From Candidatus Caldarchaeum sp. (GTDB lineage Archaea; Thermoproteota; Nitrososphaeria_A; Caldarchaeales; Caldarchaeaceae): 64,000 bases of DNA. The notes under the pieces are model-generated. The model worked only from the letters and a program-made list of their open reading frames with translations, searched no databases and was not told the origin of the DNA. Location of the stretch: the NCBI GenBank assembly GCA_038885755.1, contig JAVZZH010000002.1, positions 160,001-224,000 of the forward strand, in the 5' to 3' direction. Below, piece by piece: positions 47,657 to 56,900 of this stretch. The position numbers and the translations under genes are program-made. Each line of letters opens with the position of its first letter. Within the stretch, counting starts at the first letter, position 1.

Positions 47657-49315
47657 ATGTCTGAAATCAACGTGGATGTTTTGGTTGTCGGAAGCGGGGC
47701 TGCCGGTCTTGTCGGCGCTCTTGCTGCGAGGCATGCAGGTCTCCGGACTCTGGTTGTTGAGAAGACGGAGCTGGTTGGAGGTTCCAGCGCTATGTCGGGT
47801 GGAGGGCTGTGGATACCCGACAACCCTGTCTCGAAGAAGGCTGGTGTCAGCGATTCGTTCGAAGAGGCTTGGACCTACCTCAGCAACGTAGTTCCCGAGG
47901 CGGGTGAGGCTACGGCGCCCGAAAGAATCCGGGCCTTTTTGACGCATGGGCCTGAGATGGTTAAGTTCCTCCAAGACATGGGGTTCAAGTGGAGGGCTTC
48001 GGTCGGGTATCCAGACTATTACCCCGAGGCTCCCGGCGGCTCCGTCAAAGGCAGGTGCATAGAGGGCGCTGTGTTCGACGGCAGGAAGCTGGGCGAGTGG
48101 AGGAGTAGGCTCCGACGGTATCCCGGAGCGCCTCCGATACCCATCCACACGAACGAGGCTCGTCGGCTGTACCTAGCCAGAAGCACGACAGGGGTGGCTG
48201 CCTTCATACGTCTCGGCTTACGGCTAATCAGCTACACCATCACCGGACGCCACCCGCTGACCATGGGCGGCTCCCTCGTCGGCCAGCTCCTCTACCTCTG
48301 CCTCAAGCATGGAGTCGATGTCTGGATTGAATCTCCTCTCCAAGAACTGACCATGCATGACGGGCGTGTGGCCGGGGCTGTGGTGGTTCACGAGGGAACG
48401 CCTGTGAAGGTCTCAGCCAGGGGAGGCGTGCTGCTGGCCAGCGGAGGGTTCGAGCACAACCAGCAGATGCGTGAAAAGTTTCTGCCAAGCCCCACCAGCA
48501 AGGACTGGGCCGTCGGCGCCGTGGGCAACACCGGCGACTCGATCCAAGCGGCTGCAAAACTGGGCGCTAAGCTTGCTTTGATGGACAAGGCATGGGGAGG
48601 CCCCGTAGCGATCACGCCCGACGGAAAGCCTTCCTTCATCCTGGCTGAACGGTCCCTACCCTTCAGCATCATCGTCGACTCTAACGGGGAGAGGTTTATG
48701 AACGAGTCAGCTTCCTACGTCGACTGCTGGCACAGCATCTACAGACATAGTCGAAAAGTTCAGGCAATCCCCTCGTGGCTGGTCATAGACCACAAGCACC
48801 GCTCACGCTACCTGTTCGGCACGCTGATGCCGGGCCGGACGCCTGAGAAAGCCACCGGTCCCCGCTACCTTGTAAGGGCTAAAACAATCGAGGAGCTTGC
48901 GGGAAAGATCGGAGTCGACGAGAAAGGGCTTCTCAGGACCGTCGAGCGTTTCAACGAGATGGCTCGGAAGGGCTGGGACGAGGATTTCCGCAGAGGTGAA
49001 AGCGCTTACGACAGGTATTACTCCGACCCCAGTGTAAAGCCCAACCCCAACCTCGGCCCGCTCGAAAAACCACCGTTCTACGCCACAGCAATATATCCGG
49101 GAGAGCTTGGGACGTGCGGCGGCCTTCTAGCCGACGAAAATGCGAGGGTAATGCATGTGGACGGGCATCCCATCCCAGGCCTCTACGCAGCGGGAAACAC
49201 GGCGGCATCCATCTTCGGCGGAACATACCCGGGCCCTGGCTCGACGCTCGGGCCTGCATGCGTTTACGCATACATCGCAGCCAAACACATCGCTCAAACA
49301 CTCAAACAACGCTAG
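47657..49315 (+). CDS. 3-ketosteroid-delta1-dehydrogenase-like flavoprotein (FAD_binding_2)
   Basis: VVGSGAAG, GGSSAMSGGGLWIP, YPDYYPE, RFMNESASY, GLYAAGN and YPGPGSTLG. Confidence 0.85.
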   Translation: MSEINVDVLVVGSGAAGLVGALAARHAGLRTLVVEKTELVGGSSAMSGGGLWIPDNPVSKKAGVSDSFEEAWTYLSNVVPEAGEATAPERIRAFLTHGPEMVKFLQDMGFKWRASVGYPDYYPEAPGGSVKGRCIEGAVFDGRKLGEWRSRLRRYPGAPPIPIHTNEARRLYLARSTTGVAAFIRLGLRLISYTITGRHPLTMGGSLVGQLLYLCLKHGVDVWIESPLQELTMHDGRVAGAVVVHEGTPVKVSARGGVLLASGGFEHNQQMREKFLPSPTSKDWAVGAVGNTGDSIQAAAKLGAKLALMDKAWGGPVAITPDGKPSFILAERSLPFSIIVDSNGERFMNESASYVDCWHSIYRHSRKVQAIPSWLVIDHKHRSRYLFGTLMPGRTPEKATGPRYLVRAKTIEELAGKIGVDEKGLLRTVERFNEMARKGWDEDFRRGESAYDRYYSDPSVKPNPNLGPLEKPPFYATAIYPGELGTCGGLLADENARVMHVDGHPIPGLYAAGNTAASIFGGTYPGPGSTLGPACVYAYIAAKHIAQTLKQR

Positions 49316-49324
49316 CCTAGTTTT

Positions 49325-49879
49325 TCAGACCTTCAGCAAAGCCCGGAGGCCGCGGCTGCTGTAGAAAGACTGGGCGCTGTTAGCGCCGATAAAAACGGTG
49401 TCATACCGTCGCTCTCCATAAACCGCGCCTCCCAGCTTTCTAATCCTGTCAGGTGTTTTGAGCCAGCTCGACGTACGCGTGTCAAGAGCTACGAGCGTCT
49501 GAAGCCAGCGATACTGTTCCTCCGTCAGAACCTCGACACCCATCTCAGCAGCCATGTCAACAACATTACCCCTAGGACGGGCACCCTTACGAAGACGCAT
49601 CGCATCCCCGTCGTAGCAAAGACCCCTACGTCCCGGAGGGCTTTCAGCCGCACAGTCCATGAAAACAAACATGTCTGAAGACTCGTCATACGCAACCAAG
49701 CAAGGGCCGCCGCCCGTCCTCTCCATTTCATAGAGCGAAAACAGCTTATCAGGACTGCCCCTCAAAGCAGCTTCCGCAAGGGCCCAGTCAACACCTGCAA
49801 GACGAGGAGCCCAGGCTTCGAAACGCCGCCGCAGCAACTTAAGAAAACCATCCACCTGAGCAGGGGTGAGCGCTTTCAT
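49325..49879 (-). CDS. DUF4256 family protein
   Basis: SLYEMERTGG, DCAAESPPGRRGLCYD, LTEEQYR.LQ, TSSWLKTP and RGLRALLKV. Confidence 0.8.
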   Translation of the reverse strand: MKALTPAQVDGFLKLLRRRFEAWAPRLAGVDWALAEAALRGSPDKLFSLYEMERTGGGPCLVAYDESSDMFVFMDCAAESPPGRRGLCYDGDAMRLRKGARPRGNVVDMAAEMGVEVLTEEQYRWLQTLVALDTRTSSWLKTPDRIRKLGGAVYGERRYDTVFIGANSAQSFYSSRGLRALLKV

Positions 49880-50021
49880 GCCGCAACAGCCAAGCCCTTG
49901 TAGAAAAGCTTTCAAGACCATCAATGTGCGGCCCACGTATCCTTCCCCGCACATTATGTAATATACTCTTTGATGTTTTCGCTGTTTTCAGAAGTATGAG
50001 GGGAGTGTTTGGCTGGCGGCG

Positions 50022-50691
50022 TCAGCAGACCTCTCCTAGTAGGTATTGCTCCAGCCTCCGCTGTTTTCTTCTAATCGTGAAGACCACATGTTTATAGAAT
50101 GTCAGCCGATAACTTGAGGGAACGTAGAGACAATAGGCATCCTTCTTTGTGTAGTAAGTTCTCCCGTTCCGCGGGTCTTTCAAAGGTGTTCCATGTTTCG
50201 TGTTAAGCCGTGGCCCGTTCGTCTCTATCCCCAGAGAAGACAGCAGACGTCTGACGTATCCAAGCAGTCTCAAATCGCTGTTGTAGACCTTTATCATTCC
50301 GTTTTCAGCTATGCTTGCTTCGCTGTCGAAGAAACCTCTCAGGAAGGCTGATTTACATTCTCCGGAGTGTTCTATGAGTTTTTGATTTTCGCCAGCACTG
50401 AAGGCTTCCTCAACAGTTCGGAAAGGACTTTATCTCAACTACGTGTCGACTCTGACCATCTAGGTTTCGGAGGCTCTCTCCTCAACACAACCCCAAGACA
50501 TCTACTGAACTCTTCAGCGAACTCCATGTCAACCACATTAAAACCATTAAATACTTCGTGGTATTTTCGAGGCCGTTGTCTCCGCCATACGTATCCGTCT
50601 CCAGCAACCACGCCTATAACATACGCAGGCTCCTTAGACGGTTTCAGAAACCCTGAAGGTATCCTTACACCGTTGAGCGGGCTGTGAAGTC
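50022..50691 (-). pseudogene. Frameshifted, 5'-truncated double-motif LAGLIDADG endonuclease
   Basis: Minus strand reads GLHSPLNG...AYVIGVVAGDGY (motif 1), a stop and frameshifts, then AFLRGFFDSEA (motif 2), NSDLRLLGYVRRLLSSLGI and FTIRRKQRRL. Confidence 0.85.
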
Positions 50692-50796
50692 CGATAGTGT
50701 CCGGAGAACGTCTTAATAGTCTCCCAGCCGAGGAGGGTAGTTAGAAAGGATAGCGACATCTTCTCTTTTCAATACCTCCTTATCCGGACACTATCG
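50692..50796. mobile_element. 105-bp MITE-like element or internally deleted IS
   Basis: Perfect 14-bp terminal inverted repeat CGATAGTGTCCGGA (50692-50705) / TCCGGACACTATCG (50783-50796), extendable to 16/17; no target-site duplication visible. Confidence 0.65.
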
Positions 50797-51065
50797 TTAA
50801 CACCGATGCAAAAGCTTTCAAGAGAAAATGTTGAAGAGACAGAACAAGCTAGCCCCTAAGCTGATTGAGTTCTTGGGGAAAGACCCTGTTCAAAAACCAA
50901 CCAGAAGTCCAGCTAGCTGAGCTAGACATCGTCGAGGACTAATCCCTTCGGTAAGAGAAATATTATGCTTGATAAAATATGCTCCGCAGCCAGAGAATTT
51001 CGTGGTAGACCAATGCGAAGACTTCCCAAATACGAAATCTTAATATCTGTAGGGAGAGTTTTAGC

Positions 51066-51422
51066 GTGATGACGGTTCACGTATCCGGTTGGGCGGAGGA
51101 TCTGCTGGAGAGATACTTTGGCCAGTGCGGCCTCCTAGAGGAGGCTAGGAAGCAGATAGAGGGGCTGCCGCGCGAGCTATCTGAGAGGCTGGGCAGGGAT
51201 GTATCCTTCTGGGAGAATGTCCTCAGCAACCCCGGCTCAAATCTGCTCGAATGGGCTATTGAGAAGGTTGTCCGCCAAGCAGAGGAGAACGAGAGGCGAT
51301 TTGGTAAGAGCCTGTGCCACTACTTGGTAGAGGCGCTTTACAACCACTCTATCGCCAACTGGATTGCCGGCTATGTCAGTTTCGTAATTGACCTGGCAGA
51401 GGAAGACCCAAGTAAAACTTAG
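51066..51422 (+). CDS. Small helical hypothetical protein
   Basis: 118-aa ORF with TTAATA upstream; no motif recognised. Confidence 0.6.
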   Translation: MMTVHVSGWAEDLLERYFGQCGLLEEARKQIEGLPRELSERLGRDVSFWENVLSNPGSNLLEWAIEKVVRQAEENERRFGKSLCHYLVEALYNHSIANWIAGYVSFVIDLAEEDPSKT

Positions 51423-51498
51423 CACCGGTATGTGGATAACTCATTGTGATAGATAAAAATAAACCAATGTGTTGGGTTTTTGACGGCGGTGTTTTGAC

Positions 51499-52725
51499 AT
51501 GAGCATTCCTTCTATGAGGAGTGTAGAATTGGGCGGTCGCATGATTCTTGAGGGGCCCTTCTTGGAGCAGGTAGTGGCTGCATACCTCTTGAAGAATGGT
51601 AGAGAGGTTGTTTCAAGAATTGAGACCGGCGGCGTATCACATGACGTCCTAGTTAAGACATATAACGGTCATATTTTGTATGAGTGTACGGGTCAAAGAG
51701 AGATAACCGAGGGTAAGATAGATAAGTTTCACAGGGATGTTTTAACTCTGCACGATGTTTTAAAAGGAGAGGGTGGAATAGTGGAAGCAGTCTTTGCCGC
51801 CTCTGTACATGATGATGCATGGACACCCAGCGCAAGAAACGCCTTAGAACTGGTTAGGGAGAGTCTGAAGAAGAGGATAAAAGCCGAGCTCAAGGTAATT
51901 TCAGGCCTTGAATTACTTAAAGAGCTGTTTAAGAGCGGAGTCCTTGGACTAAGACTTGTTAAAGGTAAATTACACTTCGCAGGGCCTGAAGATTACGCAA
52001 TAAGATATGATGCAGACAGCAAACAATTCAAAATATCCTTTGCGCCCATAGAATTGTGGAGGTTTAGAGAACTACCCTATTCATTTCTACCCTCTTTTTA
52101 TTGGGAACAGCATTACAGAACAATATATGAGGAATCAGCCAAAGGTAAGGAAGAGCCGTTCACCATATGGACATACTACTACGATGAAGGCGTTAATTGG
52201 AGCTCATCTGGAGATATTGTTGAAGCATATGCCAAATATCTGAACCTGTCTTCACATGCTTACGTAATGGAAAGGGGAGATGATTACATTATTGAAGAAT
52301 ATACATCTGCAAGAAGAAATCGGTCCTATAATGTGTACATGTTCAGTAATGCATCTAACGTTGATTCTTCAGAGGCAGGTAAACTTATAGGAAAAGCCAT
52401 AAGACTTATAGACAAGATAAGAGTCGAGCGCAGTTATTTGATGGAGGAAAAATTTTCAGTATATATCTACTCGGCCACTGAAGATTGGAGCTTTAAAGCT
52501 TGGGGTGATTTGAAGAAAAATATCCCAGAACCGCTACGCGCTGACATAAGTGACATCAGACCAGTAAGGGGGAACGAGCTACTTTTAACACTACTCAATA
52601 GTGGTGTTCTAGGGTTGAGGTTTAAAACCAGAAATGAGGCAACACTTGTAGGGCCGGGAATAGATGCAGTAAGGATATCAAGGACAGACGCCGGAAGAGG
52701 GTTAACCATATCAAATGAGCCCTAG
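51499..52725 (+). CDS. Mrr-like PD-(D/E)xK restriction-endonuclease-fold protein with internal duplication
   Basis: FLEQVVAAYL...GG.SHDVLV...LYECT; repeated motif ISGLELLKELFKSGVLGLR / VRGNELLLTLLNSGVLGLR. Start could be 51541. Confidence 0.65.
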   Translation: MSIPSMRSVELGGRMILEGPFLEQVVAAYLLKNGREVVSRIETGGVSHDVLVKTYNGHILYECTGQREITEGKIDKFHRDVLTLHDVLKGEGGIVEAVFAASVHDDAWTPSARNALELVRESLKKRIKAELKVISGLELLKELFKSGVLGLRLVKGKLHFAGPEDYAIRYDADSKQFKISFAPIELWRFRELPYSFLPSFYWEQHYRTIYEESAKGKEEPFTIWTYYYDEGVNWSSSGDIVEAYAKYLNLSSHAYVMERGDDYIIEEYTSARRNRSYNVYMFSNASNVDSSEAGKLIGKAIRLIDKIRVERSYLMEEKFSVYIYSATEDWSFKAWGDLKKNIPEPLRADISDIRPVRGNELLLTLLNSGVLGLRFKTRNEATLVGPGIDAVRISRTDAGRGLTISNEP

Positions 52726-52739
52726 TGATGATATAATCG

Positions 52740-53558
52740 TTAATTTTTTCGGGCTGGCAATCTGTTTAGGGCTTTTTCAACCTCTTCTTCTCCCATCTCA
52801 TCACATAATCGCCATAGCTTTTTTATCAAATCTTTCCGTTTAGCTGACCTCTCTTTATACTGTATGAGGGCTTCTTCCTTTAGGGGGCCTAAGGCTAGCT
52901 GTATCCCCTCCCCGTTTTCCTCAACCCTCATTAAATAGCTCTCTCCGAGGAAGGGCCCGACTGCAGTATCTACTTCGCTTACAGCGTCAACTATGAATGT
53001 GGATAGAAGCCCCAAGTCCAGCTCCATAGTATAGCCCAGCATCCTTAGTAGTAGGATGCCTCCAGTCACAAACCCTGAGCCTATCACCGCGTAGCCGGGG
53101 TTGTCATGCACCGGTTCCGCCAAACCCTTACTATCAAATGTGTAGATTGAAGCCCTTCCAGAAGGTTCTATGGTGGGGTCTAATCCACACAACACCATCT
53201 GAAAGCCCGGATCTAACCCCATGTTTCTAAGCTCGCTAAACCTCCTTGCAAACCTATACTCCATCTCCCTCACCGCTTTCCTAAAGGCTGTAAACCTTAC
53301 CGGATACTCGTCCCTAGCGTACTTTAGCAGAATATCCTCAGCTACTTCAAACCCCCATTTCGCTAAAGACGGGTCGCCTGCACCTCCCGCTATAGCGACA
53401 GGCTTGTCCTCCATCAAAAAAATAGGATACACCTTCTTAACCTCATAAGATACGCCAATAGATGTTGTGGCTTTTGAGTCCGACGAGACCAAAACAGCTT
53501 CAGTTAATCCACCATCCTTTTTTTCAAAAGCCCATTTGAAAGCCAAGATTAGGGTCAT
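52740..53558 (-). CDS. Proteasome-beta/HslV-like Ntn-hydrolase with no propeptide
   Basis: M-TLILA, SSDSKAT, KKVYPI, AGGAGD, VLCGLD, IYTFDSKG, YAVIGSG and EVDTAVG parallel the T1/D17/K33/G47/S129/D166 layout. Confidence 0.75.
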   Translation of the reverse strand: MTLILAFKWAFEKKDGGLTEAVLVSSDSKATTSIGVSYEVKKVYPIFLMEDKPVAIAGGAGDPSLAKWGFEVAEDILLKYARDEYPVRFTAFRKAVREMEYRFARRFSELRNMGLDPGFQMVLCGLDPTIEPSGRASIYTFDSKGLAEPVHDNPGYAVIGSGFVTGGILLLRMLGYTMELDLGLLSTFIVDAVSEVDTAVGPFLGESYLMRVEENGEGIQLALGPLKEEALIQYKERSAKRKDLIKKLWRLCDEMGEEEVEKALNRLPARKN

Positions 53559-53989
53559 ACCGTCTAAAAATACCACCTTCACACAAATATCAGTCTATCG
53601 GGCCGAGCATATTAACTAAAATGTTGACCGTTCCAGCTCTGTTCACCACCGCTCCTCACCCATAGTTATCTGGGTTTCGCATAACCTTGAATATCAGAGT
53701 TCAGTTCTAGTAACCTCGATAAGTGAACAAGCAAACAGATTTCGCTTTGTCGCTCCTTTAAGCCCGTACGCTATCGATTACATCGAAAAAAGACCCAAAC
53801 ATAATGTTGAAGTTAGGGTCTCAACAAAATATATTGTATCAAATATATCCGCCTCTCATCTCCAAGAAATTCCAGTGTCTTCTCTTACACTACAGCTTAG
53901 GAGCGAGTAGTAGGCTTAAGCACAAGTTGACAGTATCAGAGGGTTTTGAAACAAACTTTAAGTGTAAGATTAAGCAAGCATTAACGGGC

Positions 53990-56900
53990 ATGCGTAAGGG
54001 CCCCTCTTTTGAATCTGTATTGATGATTGTTCTGCTGCTAACTCAGACAGTTCTCACTTCCATAGATGCTCAGCAGATAACCCAGGTGTCAAGGAGTGGC
54101 TGGCTTGAAGTACAGCAGCAAGAGCAGTTTGACTTCAGGATCAGGGCTGAGCCGTCGTCAGCCACAGTCGGGTCTCAAGTGCTTATAAAGGGGAGGATAT
54201 GTCCGACACCGTTGATAGACGAGGGCACCTATTTAAAAGCTGAGACAACAGTAACGAGGCCTGACGGCGGCTCAGATACTATGTTGGCGGGTCTGGGGAG
54301 GCCTCAGGACACATGTTCACAGGACCTGATAGTAGCACCTATAACGGCTAATATGGCGGGGACATGGTCCGTCTCTTCACGGGCCTACTGGCGGAGCGGC
54401 GGCAGCAGGATTGAAGTCACCAGCAACACCATAACATTCACTATTACGACAGTTGGCTTCACCATCTCATTGAGTGCGCTAGGGGTCGGCATCTACCAAG
54501 GAGAGTCAGGTCAGCTTACAGTGAACGTCGAATCCCCTTCACCCCAGCCATACGATGTAAGTCTGCTACTATCTGGCATACCGACGGGTGTATCAGCAAC
54601 CCTCAACCCTCAGACTGGTAGGCCGCCGTTCAGTTCTACGCTAAGACTGACAGTCAGTCAGAGCGCCGCCCCAGGAACCTATAGAGTCACAGTCACCGGA
54701 AACGGGGGAGGGCATACATCAAGCGCTAGCTTCGACCTCTTCATACATCAGCGCGTCCAGCAAGATCCGGCTTTAACTGATGTTGGAATCTCTGGCGCCG
54801 ATTATTCTGTTCCCCGGCAGCCGCCCACAACAGTATCTCCAGGCGGTAGGTTTAGAGCTTGGTACTGGGTTAACAACCCGAATAACCAGCGGGTCACGGT
54901 TGTCCTAGGCCTCAGCATAAGGGCGCCCAACGGTCAGGTATTCCACGACCCTTCGAATGACGTATCCTGCGAACTTGCTCCTCAGCAGGTGACTATATGC
55001 AACAGGTTCTTCACGGTGCCGTCCAACGCGCCTGCTGGAACATACGACGTCATCTACGGGCTATGGACCGCCGACAGGTCAAGACAGATAACCCAGGTGT
55101 CAAGGAGTGGCTGGCTTGTAGTACAGCAGGTTTCTTTCGATGTTCAGCCCAGGGTATGGAGTCCAACGGTGCAGGTTGGCTCCTCTGCAAGCCAGAGCTT
55201 CACGGTCTCAGCCAGCGGAGGAACCGTAACAGGGATAACAATCTCGAGGATATCCGGACCTAGCTGGATAACCATCAACCCGACCAGCTTAGGAGATATA
55301 GCAGCTGGACAGTCTAAGACGTTCACGTTAACTGTTTCACCTCCAAGTGGAGCCGGAGGGCAGCATCCTTACACCATAAGGATAAGCAGCACAAACGCAG
55401 GTAGCGTCGACATATCTGGAACAATAACAGTACAGCAGCAAGAGCAGTTTGACTTCAGGGTTAGGATCCCTGAGGCGACAAAGTACGTAGTGGCCGGCTC
55501 TGGAACTATTTACACTATTTGGGTTGACTTAGTAAGCGGGAGTGCTCAACAAGTAACTCTGAGTGTTTCAGGCCTGCCTTCTGGTGTTACCTATGCATTT
55601 GGCAGCTCTTCCGGAGGTCAGCTTTGGACGGGGGTGCCAGCCTTTAGTGTAGACCTATATATCAACACGCCCTCTTCCCTGCCCCCGGGTACCTACTCTT
55701 TCACCGTGACAGGGTCCGGAGGGGGGTTGACTAGGTCAGCCTCCGCATCTCTCGTAGTACAGGCCGGTACGCTTGATGGCAGAATAGTGAGTGTTAGTCC
55801 TACAAGCGTGACAGCTAATCCGGGTCAATCGGTCTCCTTTAACTTCGTGGTCGAAAACACGGGGAATGTGATCGCGGACTACCACGTATACTTCTCGGCC
55901 AGCAGTATCCTTGGATATGTTTCGGGTACCATAACCCTTAACCCGGGACAGCAGGGAACCATAACACTTACAGGTAACGTTCCTTCGGGAGCGGGGCCTG
56001 GCACGTATCAAGTTGATGTTTACTTCCAAATGGCCTACAGGGGGCAGGGATGGCAGAACGCTCAGCGGTGGGGAAGCGTGCAGATCACTGTGCAGGGACC
56101 GCAACCCGGCTACACCAAGGTAACGATTGTTAATAATGACGACGACCCCATAGATGTCCACCTCTACATAGATGGCCGGTGGAAGGGAAGCTATTTCGGA
56201 CGTGCGCCAGGCTCCAGTACCACAACGGACCCAATACCTGTTGAAGGTAATTCAAACCATGAGGTAAAGATTATCTGGCGGGACCCTGACACCTCAAGCC
56301 AGTACGAAAAGGCACAAACGGTATACGTATCTGAGGGGCAGACGCTGCACCTAACACTCACCATAGATCCTCATGCCCCGCCGCCAGCCCGGAAGCCTGA
56401 CCTGAGAATCACACGCGTGGATCTAAGTCCTTACAGGGAGGGCAATAGATACCTTCAGGGAGAAGCTTTATCCATATACCCCACGATAGTCAATGAGGGA
56501 AACGCCGACGCTAGCAACTTCAAGGTGAATTGGTACGTAGACGACGTTTTAATTCACAGCTGGCCCGGCTGGTCTCTCAGAGCAGGCGAAAGCGTCTCCT
56601 CGTTGGGTTTAAATTGGTCTGCCACACCCGGAACCCATGTTATACGCGTAGTCGTCGATCCTGACAACCTCATAGACGAGCTGGATGAAACGGATAATCA
56701 GATGAGTGTGACCATTCTTGTTGAACCGCAGCCGCAATGCGACTTCTCGATATCTGTCTCTCCAACTTCAGGAAGCGTCCAGCAAGGCCGGTCGATAACG
56801 TTTACGGTTACGGTTGGACTAGTGAGCGGCTCCTGCCAACCTGTAAGCCTGTCGCTAGCTGGACAGCACCCATCTATGACTTATTCCTTCGAACCAAGCA

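Noticed and set aside
50022-50691. Intein or rRNA intron
   Set aside because: No host gene, splice-junction residues or rRNA exon sequence around the LAGLIDADG remnant.
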